Below are positions 31,801 through 44,394 of a DNA stretch of 64,000 nucleotides, one piece after another; positions within the stretch are counted from its first letter, which is position 1; the number at the start of each line of letters is the position of its first letter. A program made the translations under genes and the position numbers. Location: NCBI GenBank assembly GCA_001643675.2, contig LSRY02000016.1, positions 1,671,696-1,735,695 on the forward strand, read 5' to 3'. The stretch comes from Monocercomonoides exilis PA203 (taxonomy: Eukaryota; Protista; Preaxostyla). The notes beneath the pieces were generated by a model. It was not told the DNA's origin, searched no databases, and saw nothing but the letters and a program-made list of their open reading frames with translations.

Positions 31801-33575
31801 CCCGGCTGACTTTAGTGTTGAGAGATGTCTTTTCTGATAACAACGAAAAGAAAGCGAACAAATCAGCTGAATGAGACAAGATGAGATAGAGCCATCTGAA
31901 ATAGACGAGGCGCAATAAAAGAAAATGAGACATTGACAGCACTTGAAGGAGAAGGACAGGGGAGTGCTTGGAAAAGAGGAGTCGATGAGACAATTAGAGG
32001 CGCAAGTGGTAAAAGCAATGACAGGAATGACTTAGGATAAGGCGAAGGCGAAGGCGAAGACGGAAGAAAAGATGGGCAAGGAAGGAATTTTGCAAATGAA
32101 ATGTCAGCGAATGTGGGAGAGACGAGATTATGAAGAGCAAAAATCAGTTATTGTTTAATGGAAAGGCGACGAATGAGCTGTCGAGGAAGCTTTTGATTCG
32201 AAAATGGATGTTTTAGCTCAACTGCAAAAGGAACTTAAGGAAAGAAAAAAAAAAAAAATTAAAGATTTGAAGAGAAAAAAAAGACGGAGCACCAAACGAT
32301 CAAAAAAGAAGAAGCTTGACTTGTTCACTGAAATACGTAAAAGAGAAATAACAAAAAAGAGCGAAGTTTTATTGTCTACTGCAGATTATATTTTCTGACT
32401 TCGGACTTGAGGCAATATAGCTTTTTGCGTCCTTATACATCATCGATTCCTTATTCGAAGAGAATACAAGGAGCTTTTATTTCAATGTTCCACAAATTCA
32501 TTTGGATGAGCATCTGCCTGAGTCATGTGATACATATTTTGATATGTTTATTGTTATCGATCTCAAACCTGATACATTTGTTACATTCTGAATTTGATAT
32601 AATTATGCCAAAGATTATTTGCAACACGAAGCAGAAGATGAATTCAAGGAAGAAGAAGACGACGAAGACGAAGAAGCTGTAGTTCAAATACCAACGAAAC
32701 AAAGAAGTTTTCATTTGTTGACTCATATTTCAATTCTACAAAAGCCAATCAATTTCATGGACGACAAGAGCACCCGCCATGCATTTCTGACAGAGTTGAG
32801 CCTCTTTTGCACAGAAACAAGTTGTTATCCTCAACCAATTGTTTAATGCTTAACTTCCATTTGATTTATTTTATCTTAAAAGGAATGACTCAATTTCATT
32901 TATGATTCAATTGAATAGACTTATTTTGAGTAAATTGGCTTGACAGGAAGCATAAGTTGATGGAGATCAAACTTCAATGAAAGAAAAACTGCTCTTCGAA
33001 ACAACATTGGAAAACTCAAAAGGAACAATAGAAAAAAATTTTCATGCAAACAGACAAACAACTACAAAAAATTAATGTTTGTTAAAATGAGAATTGATAT
33101 AATAATCCTCTTCATTCATTGGAAATGATCAACCTTGAGCGATCTTTCTTCCTGAAAAATATTTCTTGCTTTCGTTTTTCATTCATTTGATTCATATTTT
33201 TTTTGTTTTCTTCTCTTTGCTCTTACTTTGTTTTCATTTTCATCATTTACGCTTTCAAAATTCTATTTGAACATGCGTTTCATAAATAATAAACTTTTTC
33301 ACGTTTTCCTAAATTTTTTTCCTTGTAATATGCGTTTTTCATTCAATTGAATTTTTAACCAGCTTTGAAATTCAACAAACATTAATCGTTTTAATCAGAA
33401 GCTTACTTTGTTATCACATGAGAACAATTTTACTTAAACACCATAAAAGGATCATAAAGTTGAAATAATAATATACTCTCAGAAGTATAAAAAACGTTGA
33501 TAAGAAGTTAGAGAGCGCGTAAAGGTCGAAAAGAAGTTAGTTAAAATGCGAAGCAGTTAAAAAAAAATTTAAATG

Positions 33576-33667
33576 ATATGAAATAGGCCAAAGAATAAGA
33601 TTAATATGAAATAGGCCAAAAAATAAGATTGATATGAAATAGGCCAAAGAATAAGATTAATATGAAA
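33576..33667. repeat. 28-bp tandem repeat x3
   Basis: ATATGAAATAGGCCAAA(G/A)AATAAGATT(A/G) repeated three times plus a partial unit, just downstream of the poly-UBL gene. Confidence 0.9.
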
Positions 33668-33771
33668 AATAACAAAGGAATAACAGTGAAGTGAGAAGGA
33701 AAAAAACAAAATAAATTCACAAGTTCAAAAATGACGTGATAGGAACATGTGACTTTAAATAGTAAGTCGAC

Positions 33772-36564
33772 TCAAAACATTTTTTCCGATTTGTAGGCAA
33801 ACTGCAAAATGCTGTTACAATTGACGTTGCAGCCGACAAGAGTTTTCATATTTTCAAGTTCTCTACCTTTTGATAGAAGCACTTGAAGATTCAAAGGGAT
33901 TCCCACTTCTGCTTGAATCTTCTGCTTTACAGACACAACTGTATCTGTTCTGTTGACAATTAAACAATTCGAATTTCCATCCAGCATCTTCACAAAAATG
34001 CGTATCTTTTCTGAATCACAATAATCCAGATAAATTAGATCTTCTTTCTGGATTTTGCAATCTTCAAGGGTTTTCCTTTCTTCAAGTTCTTTTCCCAAGT
34101 AGATAAGCCTTTGCAGATTCTTCGGGGTCCCTTCTTTGTCTTGAATCTTCTGCTTAACAGAATCAACAGTATCTGTTTTATCAACGTACAAACGAACAAC
34201 TTTTCCGCACTTCCTCCATACAAAAATGAGCATTTTGGAAGGAGAATTAAAAGTAAGATGAAGAATGTCATTGCTATTGATGTGATAGTCTTGTAGAGTT
34301 TTTCTGTTTTCAAGTTCCACATCTTTGAATTTCAATATTTGCTTCTGAAGAGGAACGCCTTCTCTCTCTTCAATCATCTCCTTAATAGATTCAATAGTAT
34401 CAACACGTTCAACGTTAAGAGCGATGTCTTTTTTTGGTGATACATTCACAATTATCTTCATATCACCACGATTCAAGTAAAGGCGAATGATATCCTCATT
34501 TTTCACCTTGCAGTATATCAGTTTTTTTTCGTTTTCATGAAATTTCCCATTAAAATAGAGGCTTTGGTCTTCTACAGGAATTTTCAGCTCTTGTTGAATT
34601 TTTCTTTTTAAGTCGAGTATTTTTTGATCAGCATCCATAACAACTGAAAAAATCTCGCCTGTCCTATTTAAAAGATAGAACATAATTTTGTTGCTGGGCT
34701 TTCGCGAAAGTTTCCATAATTCAATATAAGAATTTTTGTAATCTTGAACAGTCTTCGTGTTTTTAAGTTCCTCACCTTTATATTTCAGAACCTGCTCCAA
34801 AAGAGGAATTTTTTCATATAACTCAATCTTTTCCTTCACAGATTCAATTGTATCTGTGCTATTTACCTCAAAATGGATGGTGTTTTTTTCAAGATCCTCC
34901 ACATAAATTAGCATATTATTCTGCAAAAGCAAAAGGTGAAGGATGTCTCCTTTCCGAACTTCGAAATCTTGAAGAGTATCTTCGTCTTGAATTTCTTTGC
35001 TTTTATATGTGAGGATTTGTTGCTCCGGAGCGAATCCCAGTTCTGCTTGAATCTGCCGCTTCACAGATACAATTGTATCTGTTCTGTTGACAATTAAAGA
35101 AATTGCATTTCCATCCGGCATCTTCACAAAAATGTGCATTTTTGCTGGAGGTCTCAATTTTAGATAAATGGTATCTTCTTTCTGGATTTTGCAATCTTCA
35201 AGGGTTTTCCATTCTTCAAGTTCTCTTCCTGCGTAGACAAGCCTTTGAAGATCCTTCGGGATTCCTTCTTTGTCTTTAATCTTCTGCTTTACAGATTCAA
35301 CAGTATCTGATCCTTCCGCAGCGAGAATGATGCTTTTCCCATGCAAATCCTTCACGAAAAATTGCATTGGGGAAGGAGGACTCGCCATTAAGTGTAGAGC
35401 TTTTTCTTTCTCGGCATAGAGGTGTCGAAGCTCCTTTCCATCTTCTAGTTCTTTTCCTTCACATGCGAGTCTTGGCATATGTGAAGACATAACTTCTTTG
35501 TCTTGAATCATCTGCTTCACAGATTCATCATCATCTTTATCTTCGATGCCAAGAGTAATATTTTCTCTGGTTGATGAATTCTCCTTAATTTTCCGTTCAC
35601 CAGTCATTCCCAAAAGGTGAATGATATCCAATTCCGTAATATTGTAGTCCGAAAGAGTTTTTCTGTTATCAAGTTGAATTCCTCCAAAAGCGAGAATTTG
35701 TAAATCTAGAGGGATTCCTTCTTTCTCTTGAATTTTCTGTTTCACTGATTCAATGGTATCTTCGCTCTTGACATCAAGAAAAACTTCTTTTTGATCCGGT
35801 TTCTTCACAGAAATATGAATTATTGAAACATTCACGATAAGGACAAGAAAGTCTTCTTCTTGGATGTGGTAATCTTGTAGAGTTTTTCTGTTTTCAAGTT
35901 CCTCATGTTTAAATGTCAATATTTGCTCCTTTGGAGGAATGTTTTCTACATCTTCAATCATCTCCTTAATAAATTCAACTGTATCTGTGCACTTAACTGT
36001 AAAGGTGATGGAGTATCCAACAGATATCGATACAATAATACTCATATGCTTATCAGCGACAAAATTGTGTTCAATATTCCTGCAGCTAACCATGCTTTGC
36101 GACAAGGCATTTTCAGATTCAGCAAATTCTGTAGGAAGACTATTGCATTGACTTTTAAAATGACTGTAAGCCATTTTTTGTGGTCTTTCTTCATAAGCAT
36201 GTCTCAATTGATCGACGTCCATTTCAATTGTGAAATCTTCTCTTGATCTTTCATTTAAAAATTGATCTCCACCTTGATATTTTTTCAGTTGATGGGCGCT
36301 AACAATTCCTGCTTGTTGCATTATTTTTTCTGCTTGAACTCCCTCTTCTCCAAATTTGTTCATTTGCTGATCCAGCAAGTAAACTTCTTTGTCTTGAATA
36401 TTCTGTTCAGCCGATTCATCAGCATCTTTCTCTTCTACATCTAGAGTGATGTACTTTTCACAATAATCCTTTAATAACAATGGATTTTCCATTAAGCTCA
36501 TTTTGTTCAAATACTCAATGATCAGAAAATACATAATTGTATTTAAAAATGGCATAAACTGCAT
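33772..36564 (-). CDS. Tandem ubiquitin-like domain protein (~9 clear + 2 degenerate UBLs, no di-glycine)
   Basis: Repeats such as [72 protein letters not shown] align to ubiquitin. No LRGG at any junction or at the C-terminus. First ATG at 36564 (the ORF track starts at TTG 36600). Confidence 0.9.
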   Translation of the reverse strand: MQFMPFLNTIMYFLIIEYLNKMSLMENPLLLKDYCEKYITLDVEEKDADESAEQNIQDKEVYLLDQQMNKFGEEGVQAEKIMQQAGIVSAHQLKKYQGGDQFLNERSREDFTIEMDVDQLRHAYEERPQKMAYSHFKSQCNSLPTEFAESENALSQSMVSCRNIEHNFVADKHMSIIVSISVGYSITFTVKCTDTVEFIKEMIEDVENIPPKEQILTFKHEELENRKTLQDYHIQEEDFLVLIVNVSIIHISVKKPDQKEVFLDVKSEDTIESVKQKIQEKEGIPLDLQILAFGGIQLDNRKTLSDYNITELDIIHLLGMTGERKIKENSSTRENITLGIEDKDDDESVKQMIQDKEVMSSHMPRLACEGKELEDGKELRHLYAEKEKALHLMASPPSPMQFFVKDLHGKSIILAAEGSDTVESVKQKIKDKEGIPKDLQRLVYAGRELEEWKTLEDCKIQKEDTIYLKLRPPAKMHIFVKMPDGNAISLIVNRTDTIVSVKRQIQAELGFAPEQQILTYKSKEIQDEDTLQDFEVRKGDILHLLLLQNNMLIYVEDLEKNTIHFEVNSTDTIESVKEKIELYEKIPLLEQVLKYKGEELKNTKTVQDYKNSYIELWKLSRKPSNKIMFYLLNRTGEIFSVVMDADQKILDLKRKIQQELKIPVEDQSLYFNGKFHENEKKLIYCKVKNEDIIRLYLNRGDMKIIVNVSPKKDIALNVERVDTIESIKEMIEEREGVPLQKQILKFKDVELENRKTLQDYHINSNDILHLTFNSPSKMLIFVWRKCGKVVRLYVDKTDTVDSVKQKIQDKEGTPKNLQRLIYLGKELEERKTLEDCKIQKEDLIYLDYCDSEKIRIFVKMLDGNSNCLIVNRTDTVVSVKQKIQAEVGIPLNLQVLLSKGRELENMKTLVGCNVNCNSILQFAYKSEKMF

Positions 36565-39500
36565 TGAAATTGAATTTTTTTGAAAGCTGATAAAAATCAA
36601 AGCTTTGTGGTTATTATAGATCCACAGTCAAAGGCAAAAGAACATAACAATTATTTTGAATCAAATCGTTTTTGTAATGATATTAAACTTGACAAATATT
36701 AATATTATTTATTTTTTTATTTTTTAATTGAATTGTTATAAAAAGAAATTGATTAAAAAAAAAGATTAATGTGACAAAATAATTTGATATTCACTATTTG
36801 AATTTTATAAAGATATGGGGCGACATTTTTTCTTTTAGAAAAAAACTTTGTTTTGTTCCAAACTTTTTCCCTATCATATCAAAAAATATCAAACATTCCC
36901 ATGCTTAAGTGTGAAGAAAAAAAGAAAATTGATAAAAACATCAAAAATAATTTGGTGGAACAAAATTCATAAAGCCTGAAATTTCATCCCGTATGGTGAT
37001 CGCTTTTTTTATTTGATTCATGAAATCAGTGTTGAATTTTGAAGAGAATTAGTAAGATATAAATGAATGAAATTGAACAAATATTCCCTAAATTTATCAG
37101 TTGTCATTTTTTGTTTATTGAAACATTGTGAGAAAGTGTGAAATTTTAAATGGTCTCTGCACTTTTGTTAGCATATCTTTGATATTCTCTTTTTGATCTT
37201 AAGATTCCTTTAATGAAGCAATATCATGACAATTTATAAAAAAAATCTAAAATGAAATTCCTAGCTTTATTATACCTCTAAAAGTTTTTTATTTGACTCA
37301 TTTGAAATGAAACACACAAATTAGTTTAATTTGATTTTTTCAAAGTTCATAAAGAAATAAAAGAGAAATTTAGGCATTCCTATCTTCTGTATCTACCCGA
37401 AGAAGATTGAAATGCCAGCTTTGAAAATGCTGTTCGGATATAAAATGATGCAGATGCAGCCCATAAACAACCACAGCTATATCCACAAATGACTGCTCCA
37501 TATTCTTTTGGTTTCGCTTCGTCCAAAGAGAGGAGAAAAAGATCACCCAAAAAAAATTGACGAGGAATCAATAAATTGTTCTACAACGCAAATTCTTCCT
37601 CTCTTTCCCTCTTCCTCTTCCTTTTTCATCCCTTTCATCTTCATGCGACTCATTTCATAACATGTCTCCTCCTATCAATTCAACTTCACATTCCGTCTTC
37701 GCTTTTCTTCTTCGTTTTTGCGTCATTACCAGCCATCTGCGCTTCTTTCTCTTTGACAAAAATTTCTTTCTTTGCGTCCTTACTCAATTTCACCATCATC
37801 GTATCAGTCTTGTTGAACATTCACCACCAGGGTATCTTCCCTTCCTTTCCCAAGCTCCACATCTCTTCCCGTCCCAATCGCACTTTTCATTGAAGCTATC
37901 CTCAAACACACATCAGCTTTCTTCTTCTTCTTCTTTTGCTTCTTCTTCTGCTTCTGCTTCTGTTGTTGTTGCTGCTGCTGCATTCTCATCTCCTCTGTGT
38001 ATTCCAATATGACTCCGCAGGCGCGCAAAGAAAGGGGAGAAGATAGCATCTGTGTGTTCGATTACACTTCAAGGGAATCTCCTCCTCTGACTTCGCCTTC
38101 ACAAGCTTCAGCTTCTCCAGCACAAGCCCCTTCTCAATCAGCAGCACTATCGCTTCTTCCACTTTTCCGTACAACTCATTCCGTCTTTCCACAAACTGAT
38201 AGTCTACTGTTGGTTGCCACATTTCCATCTTTTCCTCCCCTTTCTCCTTCCTCTGCTTCTTCTTTCCCATCCTGTTCATCCAGCACAACCGCTAAAAGCG
38301 ATAGAGCCTCATCTTCCCTATTTATTCCAGACACTCCAGCGCCTTCTCGATAATCTCACCCACTTCGAACATCGCAGCCCCCTTTCCACATCGCTTCTTC
38401 GTCCAATTTCTTCTTGTTGAATTTCTTTCTTTTGGTGTCTCAATCAGCAGTGATTAATCAATCAGATCGTAGATCGATGAGAGAGCATTCACGTCCTTCG
38501 CTTCCACAAAGATCAACTTGTTCACCGACTTCGTGTCCATCGAAACTGCAAGCATCTTAAGCGGCGCCACCAGCGGAACAGAAAGCATCGCTTAAAACTC
38601 AACATTGTGTTCACACATTCAACACTCCCACGCAGCACTGCCTGCCGAACTGCAACATATCCCCTCAGCGTCTGCAGCACCAGAGCAGAGACAGAAGCAG
38701 CAATAGCAGCAGCCGTTTGTGCCGCGCCTACACTCCAGTTGCCTCTTGATGTCGTCCTTATCCATTTTCGACACATCTGAAGTGACAGTTGCAGAAGCCA
38801 ATAATAATAATCATTACAACAACAATGACGGCTCATCCCCTTTGCTTCTTTTCCACCGGAATGCAGAAGAAGAACAGAACGCAGTTTTAGACGAGGCAGA
38901 CGAGGCAGTCGTCGTTGACGAAGAAGGCGAAGAGAGAAGAACGAAGAACAAAGTGAACACATCTGAAATTCTTCTGAAAAAAGTCGCTTTTTGAAAAAGG
39001 TCTTAAATCTGTCAGCAACTCCATAGGCAACAAAAAGATGAACATCCGCATTCGTATAAGAAGGGTTGATCATTGTGAAAGCTTGTTATTTTCGAGCAAT
39101 GGGAAAAGGAGGCAGCAGGGTTTCTTCAAAAGATGAGTTCAAATAAGTGGAAGAAGAATCAGAAATATCAGAAGAAGAAGAAGAAGATTTGTATGCTGAC
39201 AATTATTGAATTAGCATTCTGCTCTCACATCAGATAAATTAGATGAATAACAAATGAAAAGATCAATCCGTAATCAACGAGTATCGCAATTGATGTAATT
39301 TGCTCATTCTGTTGGTTAAAAGCAAAATTCACCACAATCTTCAGTCATTTTGCACACACAACAATAAAAACGTAAATGTTTGCTGTTCAGAACTCAACAC
39401 TTAAAAACTGTAAAGCTCCTATTCCAGATGAAAGGCAATTTTTCTTGGTTTGTATGATATAAGTTGTCTGTCTTCATTCCCCATTCACAATAAGATGCAT

Positions 39501-40214
39501 TCTCGATTCTCCCCTCCCCAAAAAATAATTAGAAAAAGCAAATTTCTTCGCTTCTTCATCATTTTGCTCATTATTTCAATGCAGATGCAGAATGAGAAGA
39601 AATACAATAATTGAAGCGGATACTAAAGAAGTAGAAGTAGTTGAAAGATATGGTGCAGATGTATCAGAAGAATAAGGCGATAAACGAATTGGTGTAATGA
39701 ACGGCTGTTGAGGACTGCGAACTGGAATGAAGACAAATAAAGACACAAAAGAACATAAAATGCAAAATGTTCAGGCAACACATATATGTAAAAAAAATAT
39801 TTGAAACAAATTCATTTGGATTGCATTATTAATGCTCAAAATTGAAGAAAAAAATATACACACTTTTTCTGAACTCTCTTTAAGGTTTCATAGTGAATCA
39901 TGGACTGAATATAGCAATAGTCATTTCGATCATTTGAAGGAATATAAATTCTGTTCAATTCAATCATATAAACCTCTTAATAAGTTTTCGTCAACTTCAT
40001 TTTACTACAAAAAAGAAATGGCTCACAAAAATTCTTTTGTTGCAATAATATTTCAATCTCAAAAAAAGCTATATAATTAAATAAACATATAAATTTCCAT
40101 TAAGGTAACAAAAATCGAAAACAACATGAATTTTGTGAAAAAACTTTATTGAAACCAACGCGCAATCACTGACGGGCATGCTGAATTAAAATTTTTTGTA
40201 ATACATGCTTATGT

Positions 40215-40715
40215 TCAAGTTGTCCAAGAATGTCGGCAATCTGGATTGCAACAAATGTAAGTCATCATCATCGTTTGTTCTGCCTCCTTTCCTGTGTTTG
40301 ACTGGAAGAATACAGCTTTATTATATCCACATACTGGGCAACTAAAAAAATGTATAACAAATTCTCAAGAGCATAGTTTTTAAAATACAGCTAAACCTTG
40401 CACTATCAGTTCTTGGAAGAGTTGGATCAGTAATAAGAGAGTGGATAATTCTTGGCCTTTCAGATTCTGTGTGTTTCAAAGAATGTCTAAAAACGCAATG
40501 ATCCGTTGCTTCTTCTTGATGATCGCATGACTTACACACATACATTAGCCTTTTTAAAGCAGGATTTTCCCTTGGGTATAAAAGATTGCTACTGAAAAGC
40601 ACATTCGGGTTAAAACATATAAACTTTCTAAGCATTAATGCTTTTTAGAACAAAAATATTACCATGATGGGCAAAACAGAATTTCAAGAGGTTTATCAGA
40701 GTCTGCCCTTGTCAT
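40215..40715 (-). CDS. RPB9: DNA-directed RNA polymerase II subunit RPB9, 3 exons
   Basis: Spliced: ...ILFCPSCSNLLYPREN...YVCKSCDHQEEA...DPTLPRT...CPVCGYNKAVFFQS...MMMTYICCNPDCRHSWTT. Two zinc ribbons plus the DPTLPR motif, with no TFIIS-like acidic ADE motif. Confidence 0.92.
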
Positions 40716-41159
40716 TTTGAAATGTGGGAAATGATCAAACAAAAAAATTTTTTTATAAAATTCATGAAAACCAAAACATTCCATTATTTCTTCGATTTTT
40801 TTTCTTCCAACTATTTTTTTGCTATCTGTCATAAATCCAGTGTTTTTCAAAGATATTGGTGTTTCACCATGTTCATGAACTGGATGATCCTTCACAATCG
40901 TTGGAGGAATGTATGAAGCAACAGCTTTTCCGAAAGCTTTTAAATTCTGCACGTCCTGTGGAACATAGCTGCCTGCTCCAGACGAAGAAGGAGCCGGAGA
41001 AACTGGAGAAACAGAAGAAATTGGAGAAATAGAAGATGGTGAGGCTATGCGTGTCTATGGTGAGACGGAGGAGCATTGGAAGGCGGTTGAAGAGGATTGC
41101 GAGGAACACAGTGATTTGGACATTTTGAACAGCGAGTGGACCAACATAAATAATACCAG

Positions 41160-41162
<3 letters not shown>

Positions 41163-41224
<62 letters not shown>
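41163..41224 (+). repeat. Poly(A) tract, 62 nt
   Basis: Uninterrupted A run. Confidence 0.9.
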
Positions 41225-41225
<1 letters not shown>

Positions 41226-42951
41226 GAAGAGAAAAAGAAAGAAGAAGGAGAAGGTATACATGGAAACTGAAAAGAAAGAGGAACGAAAAGCGAAAAGACT
41301 TCTTGAGACTCAGGAGAGAAGGAGAAAGCTGAAGAATATGGTAAAGAACCAAGCTGCGCTGAAAGCCATTGAAACAGAAAAAGTCAAAAAGAAAAAGAAA
41401 AAAGTGAAAGTCAAAGAGAAAGAAATACGAAATATAAAGAGAAGATGAAGAAGGAAGAGATGAAGAGAGAGTAAAAGAAGCAGAAGAGGAGAGAGATAGA
41501 GATGAATATTTTGCTTCATATAGATAATTCGTATTTTGACGCCAAATACTTTTCACTGCTATTTTCGCTATCACAACCTTCTCTTCTTTTTCTTCGTGCG
41601 GCTTTCCCTTCCTCTCAAATTATTCGTTTACATCTTCGTCCGCAACTTTTCTACAACATGATGTTGCATTGCCTTCATATTTAACTTCCACTTCTTCTTC
41701 CTCCACTTCCTTCCTCCTTTTTTTCTTCATTAGTAACAAGATCATCTTGAACAGCATTCATTTTTCCTTCAATATTTGACCATCTATAAACAAGAATGTT
41801 AACTTTTAAATCATCATCAGTGCCACCATAAATATATCTCTTTCAATTAAGATTATCATAATTCTTCTTTTTTTCACATTCAAGAAATAATTCTCATTTC
41901 AAATTCTTCACGACAAACCATCATCAAGCACGAAACACTCCACATCTGATATTTCTTCATTCTTATTGTTCTTCTTTCTTTATCAGCATCATCAAAGAAA
42001 TCATGAGAATTTCAAACAGAATTTTTACTTTTCATGCATTTTGAGTGTCTATGAAAACAGAAAAATTGGAGAACGGATGGGAAAAGGCAAAGGAAGACTT
42101 TTTTCCATTGAACATATCAACTATTTGCATCAAAGCTATGAATTCATTCGCTACGTCTTTTCAATTCGTTCTCAACAATCAAAAATGAAAGGTTTTTTAT
42201 TTGAATAAATACATTGCAGTTGTATTGTGTTTGAGATAAAAAGCGGATTTGGAAGAATGGGTTTTGAAGAATAACATTTTGAGATGAAATGGATGAAACG
42301 AGTGTTATTATTCAAGAGGAAGAGAAAAAAGGAATAAAGAGAAAAGCGAAGGGCTACAAGAAGGAGGGAAAAGAATAAAGAGATATGAAAAATTAAACAA
42401 AAAAAGAGAAGAATGTGAAAAGCAATTAACCATGAATTACTTGTTCTGTCATTCCCATTCTGAGTTGGAGCATTGGATCAGCTTCTTTTTCATCCATGTT
42501 TATTCTTGCATTTGGCGATCACCAAGCTGATGTCTGTATTCTTCAACAAACATTTCTTCATTGATGCCTTTTCATTCTTCTCAAGAATTTTCATTTCATT
42601 TTTCACCTTCTTCTTCTCGAATTCATCGAGAATGCGGAGAGAAAGAGAAAAAGCAAAGGAAACTTGAAGTTTCAAGAGGAAATAACAAAACAGTTCATTT
42701 TTCATGAAAAAAATGAGTATTCTTTTCGAAGATATGATACGAATATTCGTTCAATGAGGATTCTTAATGGAAATAATAAAAAATGACAAGAATGAAATTT
42801 TTTCTTATTCTGTTCTTTTTATTTATATAAAAAAGGAAGTTAAAACAATTTTAATAATTCTTCAATCTATTTTTTGTAATTTTGCGAAATGATGAAAATA
42901 GAAAAAAAATAATAAAACTTCAGAGTGCAAGTTGGAATTCTTCTCATTTCT

Positions 42952-44394
42952 TCAAGCATTCACAAAATAACATGAAACATCCAACAATAATTCAAAATAA
43001 TATTCCTCGTTAAGATGATCAAATGATTGATAAAAGCTTATGATGGCATCTTCGTAACCTTCTTCTTCAAACTTTTCAAATATTTCCCTTTTAATTGTCT
43101 TTCTTTTCACATCTTCCTTTTCGTCTTTATTCTTTCCTTTCAATCTTTTTGAAATTACTAAAAAGAATACAAGACAATAATACATGACTTCATTTTTCAT
43201 TGTTGGTCGCTGAATTTCTTTCACAGGCAGATCGAAAGCTCCTTCTTCCAGCAAAATATCAATATTTATAGACTCATTAACCCCCATTGCCCATATAACA
43301 TAAACAAAACTGTCAAATATCACACTTTCATTTTCTATTTCTGCTTTATACAGACGTATAAGACGATGAGCCAGTTCAACATGTTCTTCGTCACGCAATT
43401 GACACTTGCCAATATAAAAGGGCAATAACAAAATCCATCTCAAAAAAGTACCCTCAATTTTTGTTTCCTTTGGCTTCTTTTCCTTCTTCTTTTGCTTCTC
43501 GCACTTCGCCAGCTCTTCCAATTCTTTTATTGCCTCTCTCGCAAAATGCAGCTCATTTACAAAAACTTCTTCCAAGCTTTTGTCATTGATAAATCTGTAC
43601 ATCAAAAATTGCCAAACAGACTGATATGCAAGTCGAGTGAGGTTGTGACATTTTTGATGATATTTGATATTTTCTGTGATCTCATTCAAATACAGTTCTT
43701 TATCCAATATCTAAGAAAAAAAGAGATAAAAAAATTTACAATATCAAAAAAAAATGTTCATACATAAATTTCATCAATGCAACTCAAAGCCAGAAAAGCC
43801 ATTTCTACTTTTTTTTGTATCTCCTCATCTTCATCTCTGTTTGAAGTAACATTCAGTATACAAGGAATGCAAATCGATAATAGTTCTTTTGAAAAAGTTT
43901 TGTGAAACAAAAGATAGCATTCACTAAGATCAACTTGAAAATTCACGTTCCTTTCATCTTTTTTCTTCTCATTTTCATCAATGATCATCCTCTCAAATCT
44001 TTTGTTCAACGAAGATTCTTCAAAACCCCTGATCCAAATTCTTTTCAGTGCTTCACAATATCCAATATGCTTCAGCAGAGGAATGATGTTTCCAATCGAT
44101 AGTTTGCCTTCTTCAATTATTTTGTGAATTTTGTCGAATAACTCTTTCGCAAAAATAGATAAGAATTCATCTTCATTCATCTCTTCCATCACTTCGTTCA
44201 TTTCTTCAATTTTCTGCTTCTGTACACTTTCAGTGCAGTGTTCAAGCTCAGAAAAAATATCTTCAATTTCATCAATAAAAAACGTGAAGCTGTGCGATTT
44301 TGAGACAATTTGAAATACACAAACCCAAAAACTATTCTGTTGTGGGAAACTCTTGAATCTCATCGAAATGCTTATCATCGATGCGCAATGTCAT
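42952..44394 (-). pseudogene. Expanded-family protein, copy 3 (probable premature TAG in first exon)
   Basis: ORFs 43758-44378 and 42952-43707 carry HNLTRLAYQSVWQFL and IFEKFEEEGYED. The putative first exon from ATG 44394 reads MTLRIDDKHFDEIQEFPTTE*FW. Confidence 0.6.

Noticed and set aside
25700-33100. Short ORF fragments at ~26-27 kb and 29.4-33 kb
   Set aside because: Protein-like but riddled with stops and frameshifts, with no RT, transposase or other motif. Treated as unassignable decayed gene remnants.
37380-39720. ORF fragments of 60-180 aa (similar ones at 44.6-48 kb)
   Set aside because: No consistent frame or identifiable domain. Probably degenerate family remnants.
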